A stretch of DNA of 64,000 nt. Origin: Candidatus Omnitrophota bacterium (GTDB taxonomy: Bacteria; Omnitrophota; Gorgyraeia; Zapsychrales; Fredricksoniimonadaceae). A program made the position numbers and the translations under genes. The notes below the pieces were generated by a model that searched no databases, was not told the origin of the DNA, and saw only the letters and a list, made by a program, of their open reading frames with translations. Positions 30,877-38,967 of the stretch are shown here, one piece after another. The stretch lies in NCBI GenBank assembly GCA_013286575.1, contig JABDFL010000003.1, forward strand, positions 12,196 through 76,195, given 5' to 3'. Positions within the stretch are counted from its first letter, which is position 1, and each line of letters begins with the position of its first letter.

Positions 30877-31125
30877 ATGGGTGGTCGTGTAGGAGGAATT
30901 TCAAGTAAATATTATTGCGAAACCGCAGGCATCAAGGTTTCCGGTGGCCAAAAAGTCAAATCAGGCACTGTTTTGACCCGTCAAGGCAATCAATGGAAAT
31001 GCGGCCTCAATGTGATCGGCCGCAGCTCTTTGACGGCTGCCTGCGATGGCGAAGTTTATTTTACCCGCCGTAAGAACGGTTCCAACAAAGTCATCACGCT
31101 CATTAATATTAAACCTTCAAATTAG
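30877..31125 (+). CDS. ribosomal protein bL27-like protein with a divergent N-terminus
   Basis: This 82-aa protein has a GGAGG RBS at 30864-30868. 'AGIKVSGGQKVKSGTVLTRQGNQWKCGLNVIGRSSLTAACDGEVYF' aligns with the L27 core 'LGVK.FGG..V.AG.IIVRQRGT...PG.NVG.G.D.TLFA...G.V.F'. The conserved N-terminal 'HKK.GGS..NGRDS' is not recognisable. Confidence 0.5.
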   Translation: MGGRVGGISSKYYCETAGIKVSGGQKVKSGTVLTRQGNQWKCGLNVIGRSSLTAACDGEVYFTRRKNGSNKVITLINIKPSN

Positions 31126-31158
31126 TGGCGTGTCCCCCAAGCCACTCAGGTATTAAAT

Positions 31159-32988
31159 ATGTGTGGTATTGTCGGCTATGTTGGCAACAAAGACGCCCTT
31201 CCTATTTTGCTCGAGAGCTTAAAAAAGCTTGAGTATCGCGGGTATGATTCCAGCGGGGTGGGTTTTTTAGACCATGACTCGCATCTGATTGTCCGTAAAT
31301 CCAAAGGTAAAATACGTAATTTAGAAGAAATGATCCAGGGCGAGCATCTGCCCTTTGCCCACGCAGGGATTTCCCACACGCGTTGGGCCACCCACGGGTT
31401 TCCTTCTGACTGCAATGCCCATCCTCATACAGACAGCAAGCACCATATCGCCATCGTCCATAATGGCATCATCGAGAATTATCAGGAACTAAAAAACGCT
31501 TTAAAGAAAAAAGGATGCAAATTTATCTCGGAGACAGATTCGGAAGTCATCCCGAACCTGATCGCTTCTTTTTATAAGGGGGACCTGCTTTTGGCCGTGC
31601 GCCAGACGATCGCCAAGTTAAAAGGGACCTTTGCCCTGGGCATCATCAGCCGCGAGCATCCGGACATGCTGATCGCCGCGCGCGTGGGCTCCCCTTTGGT
31701 GGTGGGTATCGGTGAGGCGGAAAATTTTATCGCCTCGGACGTGCCGGCCATTTTAGACCGCACCCGCCGGGTCATTTATTTGAAAGACGGGCAAATAGCT
31801 GTTTTGACCAAGACACAGGTTGAGCTTTTTACTTTTGGCGGCAAAAAAGTCACGCCCAAAATAGATACGGTATCTTTTAATGTGGTCGCCGCCCGCAAGG
31901 AGGGATATCCGTATTTTATGCTCAAGGAAATCCACGAGCAGCCTGATGTCCTTGCCCAGATGCTGAGTTTGCGTTTAAAAAATAAACGATTGGCCCTGGA
32001 AGGCCTTGGTTTACCTGACAAGGTGTTAAAACAAGTGCGCAAGGTGATGGTGGTGGCCTGCGGTACCGCGTATCACGCGGGTTTGGTGGGAAAATACGCC
32101 ATTGAAAATTTAAGTCGCCTTCCCGTCGAGGTCACGACATCCAGCGAATTCCGTTATTGCAATCCCATTGTAGATAAACATACCCTGGTTTTGGCGGTCA
32201 GCCAGTCCGGAGAAACAGCGGATACTTTGGCCGCGGCGCGTGAGGCCCGCGCCAAGGGCTCCCGTGTGATTGCCATTTGTAACGTGGTGGGCTCCTCATT
32301 GGCCCGTGAGGCCGATGGTATTTTGTACACCTATGCCGGCCAGGAGATCGGGGTCGCTTCCACCAAGGCGTATACTGCCCAGTTAATGATGTTCTATTTG
32401 GTCGCTTTAAAATTGGCCCAGGTCCGCCGCAGCCTGGCGCCCCGGGAATCAAAAGACTTGATCAGCCAACTCCTCCGCATACCGTCTTTGTGCAGGGAAA
32501 TTTTAAAAAATATGCACCATATCCAAAAAATAGCGGATGCCAATTCGCATTTCGGCTGTTTTCTTTTTCTGGGCAGGCATGTCAATTTCCCTTCGGCCAT
32601 GGAAGGAGCGCTCAAGCTCAAGGAAATTTCCTATATTCCCGCGGAAGGCTATGCTGCCGGGGAGATGAAACACGGGCCCATCGCCCTGATCGACGAGTAC
32701 CGGGCGGTGGTGTGCATTAATCCCCAGTCCCATGTCTATGAAAAAATGTCTTCTAATATGCAGGAAATACGGGCCCGTCGGGGCAATGTCATTGCCATCG
32801 CCACCCGCGGGGACCGTAAGATCGGGCCCAATGCCGATTTTTTGATTGAAGTGCCCCGTACGCATGAGCTTTTAAGCCCGCTGCTGGTGGCCCTGCCTTT
32901 GCAGATGCTGGCCTATTTTATCGCCGTCAAACGCGGCTGCGACGTGGACCAGCCGCGCAACCTGGCTAAATCCGTGACAGTGGAATAG
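31159..32988 (+). CDS. glmS: glutamine--fructose-6-phosphate aminotransferase GlmS
   Basis: This 609-aa protein has N-terminal 'MCGIVGY', two SIS domains ('SQSGETADT') and C-terminal '...AKSVTVE'. Confidence 0.95.
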   Translation: MCGIVGYVGNKDALPILLESLKKLEYRGYDSSGVGFLDHDSHLIVRKSKGKIRNLEEMIQGEHLPFAHAGISHTRWATHGFPSDCNAHPHTDSKHHIAIVHNGIIENYQELKNALKKKGCKFISETDSEVIPNLIASFYKGDLLLAVRQTIAKLKGTFALGIISREHPDMLIAARVGSPLVVGIGEAENFIASDVPAILDRTRRVIYLKDGQIAVLTKTQVELFTFGGKKVTPKIDTVSFNVVAARKEGYPYFMLKEIHEQPDVLAQMLSLRLKNKRLALEGLGLPDKVLKQVRKVMVVACGTAYHAGLVGKYAIENLSRLPVEVTTSSEFRYCNPIVDKHTLVLAVSQSGETADTLAAAREARAKGSRVIAICNVVGSSLAREADGILYTYAGQEIGVASTKAYTAQLMMFYLVALKLAQVRRSLAPRESKDLISQLLRIPSLCREILKNMHHIQKIADANSHFGCFLFLGRHVNFPSAMEGALKLKEISYIPAEGYAAGEMKHGPIALIDEYRAVVCINPQSHVYEKMSSNMQEIRARRGNVIAIATRGDRKIGPNADFLIEVPRTHELLSPLLVALPLQMLAYFIAVKRGCDVDQPRNLAKSVTVE

Positions 32989-32989
32989 G

Positions 32990-33658
32990 ATGTTATACAT
33001 CGTTTCTACGCCTATAGGAAATCTCAAAGACATTACCTTGCGCGCCATTGAAACACTCAAGTCCGTTGATTTGATCGCCGCGGAAGACACCCGCCACACC
33101 AGGATATTGCTCGACGCTTACCAGATCCAAAAACCGCTGACCTCTTTTTTCGAGCATAATCAGATCAAAAAAGCAGACCATCTTTTAGGCCTTTTAAAGA
33201 TGGGTAAGAGCATTGCCTTAGTCACGGATGCCGGTACCCCGGGCATCAGTGATCCGGGCTTTCTGATGGTTCGATTAGCGCAGGAGAATAATGTCCCTAT
33301 CACCGTTATCCCGGGTGTCTGCGCCTGTATCAGTGCTTTGACAGCATCGGGCCTGCCTGCGCACCGTTTTGTGTTTGAAGGGTTTTTGCCCCCTAAAAGC
33401 GGGGCGAGGCGCAATAAATTAATTTCTTTAAAAGGGCAGGAGGCCACTATCATTTTTTATGAATCGCCCCATCGCCTGTTGAAGACCTTAAAAGACATGC
33501 AAGAGCTTTGGGATGATCCCGCGATGGTGGTGGCCCGTGAACTGACTAAAAAGTTTGAAGAGATACGTCGCGGCAAGGCAAGCCTTCTTATCGAACATTT
33601 CACCTTGCATCCGCCTAAGGGAGAATTTGTTTTATTGTGCCATCTTTGTCACGGCTAA
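32990..33658 (+). CDS. rsmI: 16S rRNA (cytidine1402-2'-O)-methyltransferase RsmI
   Basis: This 222-aa protein has 'LYIVSTPIGNLKDITLRAIETLKSVDLIAAEDTRHT', typical of RsmI and the tetrapyrrole-methylase fold. Confidence 0.85.
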   Translation: MLYIVSTPIGNLKDITLRAIETLKSVDLIAAEDTRHTRILLDAYQIQKPLTSFFEHNQIKKADHLLGLLKMGKSIALVTDAGTPGISDPGFLMVRLAQENNVPITVIPGVCACISALTASGLPAHRFVFEGFLPPKSGARRNKLISLKGQEATIIFYESPHRLLKTLKDMQELWDDPAMVVARELTKKFEEIRRGKASLLIEHFTLHPPKGEFVLLCHLCHG

Positions 33659-33722
33659 ATTAAAGATTTAGTTACAATCGATTTTCTGCATCTATAGTAT
33701 TATATGTTGGATGAGGTGTGAT

Positions 33723-34165
33723 ATGGCGGGTAAGAAAAGTTTTACCTTGATGGAAATAATAGTGACGCTGATGGTGATCGGTGTCTTGGCCGCCATTTCC
33801 ATTCCTGCCTATAATACTTTCGTACAAAATGGGGCTTCCCAGGCTGCTGCCAATAATTTGTCTGCCATTTATGGGGCGGAACAGAATTATTATTTCAAAA
33901 AGGGAACGTATTGTGTCAATACAGGTTCCAATCCCACGTGCGCAGATACCCTGCCGGACATCAACGCCAATTTGTCGTTAAACGTTACTGACAATTATTA
34001 CTCCTATTCGTGCGCAATGCAGGTATCTAGTACGAATGCAATTTGCTGTTCGGCAACTGCGAATAATTCGAATTTTCCGGCTGTAGCTTCCAAATGTGGA
34101 GGAACGTGTACTCCCAACTGTGTCGGGGCTGTTTGCGGGGCATCTGACGGATGCGGCGGCACATG
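33723..34165 (+). repeat. duplicated pilin 5' segment (copy 1 of 2)
   Basis: This 443 nt is colinear without indels with 35164-35606, at a constant offset of 1441 nt. I counted 18 amino-acid differences in the first ~148 codons by hand. Confidence 0.85.
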
Positions 34166-35054
34166 TTTAAGCGGCTCATGTACTGGAACTAATACGTGCG
34201 GCGGCGGTGGAACGTCAGGCGTGTGCGGGTGTACGCCATCGAATAATTGCTCGATTTCCACCTGTTCCAATACTACTTGTAATAATGGTTGCGTACAAGT
34301 CCCGGGAACCCTTCCGCCAGTTAACGGCGCCTGTACTGCCTGGGGGCCTTGCAGTTCAACGTGCGCAAACACAGCAGGGATACAAACATGTACAGCTTCA
34401 AATCCGCAATGCGGAGGATCTTCGGCAGTAGGAACAACGCAGACCTGTACCGGCGGCGGTGCCACTGTTAACGGTGCCTGTACCGCCTGGGGGCCTTGCA
34501 GTTCAACGTGTAACAACGTAGCAGGGACACAATCATGCACGTCTTCAACATCCCCGCAATGCGGAGGATCTTCGGCAGTAGGAACAACGCAGTCCTGTAC
34601 CGGCGGCGGTGCCACTGTTAACGGCGTCTGTACTGCCTGGGGGCCTTGCAGTTCAACGTGTAACAACGTAGCAGGGACACAATCATGCACGTCTTCAACA
34701 TCCCCGCAATGCGGAGGGTCTCCGGCACCGGCATCGCAGGCATGTTATGGTAGCGGTGTACCGGGTTGTGATGGCACTTGCGACGGGTCAGTGAATGATG
34801 CCTGCGGTAAATGTGGAGGGAGTGGTGCTGAGTGTTGCTCAAATTCATGCGGCGGCAATACACCAAATTGTAATGGAGCCGGCGGATGCTATTGTGCTGC
34901 AGGGTATGACTGTGTCGGAACTTGCGGCGGTAGTAATGTATGGGTTGACTGCTTTGGCATACGTTGCGGAACATCCGTCCTGGATAGCTGCGGCGTGTGT
35001 AACGGGAATGGGACGACGTGTGGTGGAGACCAAGGCGGTGGACCAAATTCCTAA
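33723..35054 (+). CDS. large type IV pilin-like protein with TSP1-like and CGxCGG cysteine-rich repeats
   Basis: I prefer the ATG at 33723 (GAGGTG RBS at 33712-33717). The N-terminus 'MAGKKSFTLMEIIVTLMVIGVLAAISIPAY' is a prepilin-type methylation/cleavage motif with Glu at +5 but Ser rather than Gly at -1. The C-terminal 300 aa hold 3 units of 'VNGACTAWGPCSSTC...' plus 'DACGKCGGSG' and 'DSCGVCNGNGTTC' motifs. Confidence 0.8.
   Translation: MAGKKSFTLMEIIVTLMVIGVLAAISIPAYNTFVQNGASQAAANNLSAIYGAEQNYYFKKGTYCVNTGSNPTCADTLPDINANLSLNVTDNYYSYSCAMQVSSTNAICCSATANNSNFPAVASKCGGTCTPNCVGAVCGASDGCGGTCLSGSCTGTNTCGGGGTSGVCGCTPSNNCSISTCSNTTCNNGCVQVPGTLPPVNGACTAWGPCSSTCANTAGIQTCTASNPQCGGSSAVGTTQTCTGGGATVNGACTAWGPCSSTCNNVAGTQSCTSSTSPQCGGSSAVGTTQSCTGGGATVNGVCTAWGPCSSTCNNVAGTQSCTSSTSPQCGGSPAPASQACYGSGVPGCDGTCDGSVNDACGKCGGSGAECCSNSCGGNTPNCNGAGGCYCAAGYDCVGTCGGSNVWVDCFGIRCGTSVLDSCGVCNGNGTTCGGDQGGGPNS
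34320..34745 (+). repeat. in-frame tandem repeat, about 3 units of 147-150 nt
   Basis: Units start at 34320, 34467 and 34617 ('gttaacgg.gcctgtac.gcctgggggccttgcagttcaacgtg...'). Each encodes about 49-50 aa with a W..CS.TC motif. Confidence 0.85.
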
Positions 35055-35163
35055 GCCTTAAAGACCTGCATGATGTCGATGGATCTTGAAAAATCAATGT
35101 TAAAGAATTTCTAATGTTTGATTTCTCCCGTTTTTGGTGTTATATATTTATAAGAGGTATAAT

Positions 35164-35606
35164 ATGACGGGTAAGAAAAGTTTTACCTTGATGGAAATAA
35201 TAGTGACGCTGATGGTGATCGGTGTCTTGGCCGCCATTTCCATCCCTGCCTATAATACTTTCGTACAAAATGGGGCCTCCCAATCTGCTGCCAATAATTT
35301 GTCTGCCATTTATGCGGCTCAACAGAATTATTACTTCAATAAGGGAACGTATTGTGTCAATACAGGCTCCAATCCCACGTGCGCAGATAACCTGTCGGAC
35401 ATCAACACCAATTTGTCGTTAAACGTTACTGACAGCTATTACTCCTATTCGTGCGCAGTGCCGGGATCTGGTACGAATGCAATTTGCTGTTCGGCAACTG
35501 CGAATAATTCGAATTTTCCGGCTGTAGCTTCCAAATGCGGGGGAACGTGTACTCCCAACTGTGTCGGAGTTGCTTGCGGAGGATCTAACGGATGCGGCAG
35601 TACATG
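35164..35606 (+). repeat. duplicated pilin 5' segment (copy 2 of 2)
   Basis: See 33723-34165. The alignment has a constant 1441-nt offset and no indels. Confidence 0.85.
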
Positions 35607-37794
35607 CCAAGGGAGCCAAGGGACTTGTGCCAGTGGTTTCAGCTGTGTCGGCAACTCGTGTGTGGCTAACTGTACGGGACCAACTCCTTGTGGCCCTCCG
35701 GGTGGGCCTTGTTATGCGGCTGATGCCTGCGGCGTGTGCGGCGGTGGGGTAGGCAGCTGCAGCGGATCCTGCACGAATGGTAGCGGCTGTTCTGGCGGGA
35801 CCCTTACCTGTTCCGGCGACAGCTGCATTTGTTCCGGCGGTCCAAGCAAGGATATCTGCGGCTATTGCGGCGGTGGGGTGGCCAGTTGCAGCGGATCCTG
35901 CACGGATTCCAGCGGTTGTCCTAACGGGGCCTATGCCTGTTCCGGTTCCAGCGACAGCTGCATTTGTTCCGGCGGTTCCAGCAAAGATGCCTGCGGCTAT
36001 TGCGGCGGTAGCGTGGTGGGCAGCTGCAGCGGATCCTGCACGAATTCCAGCGGTTGTTCTGATGGGACCAGCACCTGTTTCGGTGACAGCTGCGAGTGTT
36101 CCGGTGGTTCCAGCAAGGATGTATGCGGCTATTGCGGCGGTGTGGTAGGCAGCTGCAGCGGATCTTGCACGAATAGTAGTGGCTGTCCTGGCGGAACCAG
36201 TGCCTGTTCCGGTTCCAGCGACACCTGCAATTGTTCCGGTGGTCCAAGCAAGGATGTATGCAACTATTGCGGCGGTGGGGTGGCGAGCTGCAGCGGATCT
36301 TGCATGAATAGTAGTGGCTGTTCTAACGGGTCCCTTGGCTGTTCCGGTACCAGTGACACCTGCATTTGTACCGGCGGTTCCAGCAAGGATGCCTGTGGCG
36401 TGTGCGGCGGTTCAGGCAAGGATGTATGCAACTATTGCGAGGGTGTGGTAAACAGCTGCAGCGGATCTTGCACGAATAGTAGTGGCTGTTCTAACGGGTC
36501 CCTTGGCTGTTCCGGTACCAGTGACACCTGCATTTGTACCGGCGGTTCAAGCAAGGACGCCTGCGGCTTTTGCGGGGGTGGGGTGGCCAGCTGCAGCGGA
36601 TCCTGCACGAACTCCAACGGTTGTACTAACGGGACCTATACCTGTTCCGGTGACAGCTGTGCTTGTACCGGCGGTTCAGATAACTGTGGCGGCGGCCCCT
36701 CGTCAGGGGGAACAAATTCTACACCATTTTTGTTTACTTTCAAGAACGGGAAATACTACGTTGAAAACGATGTCCTGGTGACCTATAAGAACCAATATTA
36801 TGAATTAGCCAAACAAGGCTATGAACAGAATTCCGGAGATCCTCGTCAGTTTAAACAAACAGATTATTATAAAATCCGTCTCAACCCTGATGTAACTGCA
36901 GACGGGGTTAAATTGCTCTTAAAGGAAATCGAGCCGGAAGAAGATAATATAGACGAGGTCCGTTTGATCCGCGTCATCCACCCTCAAGGCAGCAGCGCTT
37001 TTGTGGATGAACAAAGCCAAAGCATCCAAACAACGGCATCCATGAAATCCATGGCCTTAAAGACCTGCACGACAAATGACGGCAAAGACTGCTCCAGGGA
37101 GTTATCAGCCATCGATGATCAATGGATTGAAGGCAATAAGGGTGAGTCCTTTACGGTGACCTTTGATCTCAGCAATGTTGATAAAAATAATTTATACCTG
37201 AAAATGCATTCCTGGGAAAATGACCCGCCACCGTTACAGCCCTTACCGTTTAATGCCAGGGCTAACGAGTCCTTAAAGATTGATATTGTGGACAATACTC
37301 ATCCTGAAAAAGTGCTTCTGTCTTTAAAAGACGTGCATCCCAGGGACATTGCTTTATCGGATGATATGGTTGATTTAAAAGAAGCTGTTAAAGCAGTGAC
37401 CGGAAACACCTTAACGATAAGAATTACATGGACCGCGCATCACGTGGTGGATTACATAGGGCTTATTGAAGCACGTCCGACGGCGATGACTGTAGAAGAA
37501 TTGCCGCTTATCAAAGCTGTAAAAACCGGCGGCGTTGATGTGCTCAAAGAATTGGTGGCCAAGGACAAGGTGTACGTGCATTTGGTCAGGGGTGAAGAGA
37601 TAGCGTTGACATTTGCGCGTCCGCAGAAAACCCTGACAGCGGATGATCAGGACAGCTATTTCTTTGTCTCGTCAGGTTTTTATTCAGGGCTAAGGACGTA
37701 TCTATACCCCAAGGTTGACCCTTCGATGGACACGTTTAAAAAGAAACTTAAAGAGTACCTGCACGATCTCGACGGGATATTGAAAAATCAATAA
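35164..37794 (+). CDS. very large type IV pilin-like protein with an 8-Cys tandem repeat array and a C-terminal globular domain
   Basis: I prefer the ATG at 35164. The N-terminus 'MTGKKSFTLMEIIVTLMVIGVLAAISIPAY' is nearly identical to the upstream paralog. It is followed by 7 full and 1 truncated units of 'CGYCGGGVASCSGSCTNSSGC..G...CSG.SD.C.C.GG.SKD.', then about 330 aa of non-repetitive sequence. Confidence 0.8.
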   Translation: MTGKKSFTLMEIIVTLMVIGVLAAISIPAYNTFVQNGASQSAANNLSAIYAAQQNYYFNKGTYCVNTGSNPTCADNLSDINTNLSLNVTDSYYSYSCAVPGSGTNAICCSATANNSNFPAVASKCGGTCTPNCVGVACGGSNGCGSTCQGSQGTCASGFSCVGNSCVANCTGPTPCGPPGGPCYAADACGVCGGGVGSCSGSCTNGSGCSGGTLTCSGDSCICSGGPSKDICGYCGGGVASCSGSCTDSSGCPNGAYACSGSSDSCICSGGSSKDACGYCGGSVVGSCSGSCTNSSGCSDGTSTCFGDSCECSGGSSKDVCGYCGGVVGSCSGSCTNSSGCPGGTSACSGSSDTCNCSGGPSKDVCNYCGGGVASCSGSCMNSSGCSNGSLGCSGTSDTCICTGGSSKDACGVCGGSGKDVCNYCEGVVNSCSGSCTNSSGCSNGSLGCSGTSDTCICTGGSSKDACGFCGGGVASCSGSCTNSNGCTNGTYTCSGDSCACTGGSDNCGGGPSSGGTNSTPFLFTFKNGKYYVENDVLVTYKNQYYELAKQGYEQNSGDPRQFKQTDYYKIRLNPDVTADGVKLLLKEIEPEEDNIDEVRLIRVIHPQGSSAFVDEQSQSIQTTASMKSMALKTCTTNDGKDCSRELSAIDDQWIEGNKGESFTVTFDLSNVDKNNLYLKMHSWENDPPPLQPLPFNARANESLKIDIVDNTHPEKVLLSLKDVHPRDIALSDDMVDLKEAVKAVTGNTLTIRITWTAHHVVDYIGLIEARPTAMTVEELPLIKAVKTGGVDVLKELVAKDKVYVHLVRGEEIALTFARPQKTLTADDQDSYFFVSSGFYSGLRTYLYPKVDPSMDTFKKKLKEYLHDLDGILKNQ
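35728..36690 (+). repeat. in-frame tandem repeat array, units of about 126-135 nt (42-45 aa, 8 Cys each)
   Basis: Unit boundaries were read from the translation (C[GN][VYF]C[GE]G...). Units 5 and 7 share a stretch of more than 30 aa, 'SCSGSC.NSSGCSNGSLGCSGTSDTCICTGGSSKDACG', which is identical apart from one residue (M vs T). Confidence 0.85.
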
Positions 37795-37819
37795 CCCTGC
37801 CGCGCGGAGATGGTTGGTG

Positions 37820-38950
37820 ATGTTTCCAAACTCCATTCTAAAAAGCCTTATTGCCTTACCGTTGGCCCTGCTTCTTATATCTGCTTTAGAGGCTGATTTT
37901 TCCTTTGCATATTGGGGGGATACTGATAAACCTGACCAGGCGGTCCCTTTTTCAAAGGTACTTGTCCAACGGCAGAAAGAGCGATTTGAAGCGTACCCGA
38001 TGAATAAGATATGCCGCGCTTTAAAGGTCAGGAAAAATATGGTTATTTTAGATATCGGGACAGGGTCGGGCCAGTACGCTTATGGATTTGCGAAAGCATT
38101 GCAGGGTACGGGAGAGGTCTTTGCAACTGACATAAACCCGGACATGGTCAATTATGTAAGAAGCGAAGCTAAAAGAAAACATTTAAAGAACCTGATACCT
38201 GTTTTAGTTAAAGCAGGCGGTGCTGATGATTTTTACAGCTCGCACAAGTATGATCTAATATTCTTATCGCATGTCCTGGAATATATTCCGGACTCCGGCA
38301 ATTATTTAAGGAAAATGAAAAAGTATCTGAGCCCCGAAGGGCATCTTATTCTTTTGACAACAAAATCCTCAGATAATTTTGACCCCAAAGATTTTACTGA
38401 TGTTAATGGACTGCTGAGAAAGATATTAAGTGTACATCAGGACAGCCCTTTTTATAAATACGTAAGGCCATTGCAGCCGGAAGCAGGGGCAATGCTGGCA
38501 GCAGGCCGCTTAAACCGGGATTTCCTTATCCAGCTCGCCCGGCGTTTCAATGCCATGGCCCACGACGGCCATTTCTTTGTCCCTTTTCTCGATAAAAAGA
38601 AAATGGCATTAAGAAATGATTTGAAAATACCGCCTCAGGAAAGGGTCTTTATTAATTTTAACCTTTCATTTTTTAAAGAATTCAACGTACAGGATGAGCA
38701 ACGAGGGGTTGATCTTAAAAGTCCTCATTTAAACCTGACGAGTTATGACATTATGGTAAGGATAAACCACATCCTTATTATTTCTGAATTTCAAGGTTTT
38801 ATGTATGGAGGCAAATCGCCGTATCTTCCGGGAGGGAAGGTCAACCGGGAAATCAGAAGCATTAAAAATAAGTTTGAAGCCGCCGGTTATAGGTTTGTGC
38901 AAGCATATGATTTTATCCCTAATGAGCTTTTAATGGAATTTTCAGGATAA
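37820..38950 (+). CDS. class I SAM-dependent methyltransferase with an N-terminal hydrophobic anchor
   Basis: Motif I is 'VILDIGTGSGQYAYGFA', followed by 'FATDINPDM' and 'YDLIFLSHVLEYI'. The N-terminus 'ILKSLIALPLALLLISALEA' is signal/TM-like. TTG, GTG and ATG starts are stacked at 37814-37822, and I chose the ATG at 37820. Confidence 0.7.
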   Translation: MFPNSILKSLIALPLALLLISALEADFSFAYWGDTDKPDQAVPFSKVLVQRQKERFEAYPMNKICRALKVRKNMVILDIGTGSGQYAYGFAKALQGTGEVFATDINPDMVNYVRSEAKRKHLKNLIPVLVKAGGADDFYSSHKYDLIFLSHVLEYIPDSGNYLRKMKKYLSPEGHLILLTTKSSDNFDPKDFTDVNGLLRKILSVHQDSPFYKYVRPLQPEAGAMLAAGRLNRDFLIQLARRFNAMAHDGHFFVPFLDKKKMALRNDLKIPPQERVFINFNLSFFKEFNVQDEQRGVDLKSPHLNLTSYDIMVRINHILIISEFQGFMYGGKSPYLPGGKVNREIRSIKNKFEAAGYRFVQAYDFIPNELLMEFSG

Positions 38951-38967
38951 AATCGGGGCTGACGCCG

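Noticed and set aside
31126-31158. Possible glmS ribozyme upstream of glmS
   Set aside because: Only 33 nt separate the L27-like stop from the glmS start, which is far too short for the ribozyme.
34004-34690. 228-aa minus-strand ORF antisense to pilin 1, and the Ala/Pro-rich alternative-frame ORFs in pilin 2 (35777..36148, 35921..36247, 36482..36781)
   Set aside because: They are low-complexity products of reading the Cys-codon-rich tandem repeats in other frames. The pilin frame has a clear N-terminal signal, an RBS and a coherent repeat structure.
35728-36690. Regularly spaced ~130-nt nucleotide repeats that might suggest a CRISPR or other non-coding array
   Set aside because: The units are contiguous with no unique spacers, stay in frame inside a long ORF and encode a conserved 8-Cys module. 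This is a coding tandem repeat, not a CRISPR.
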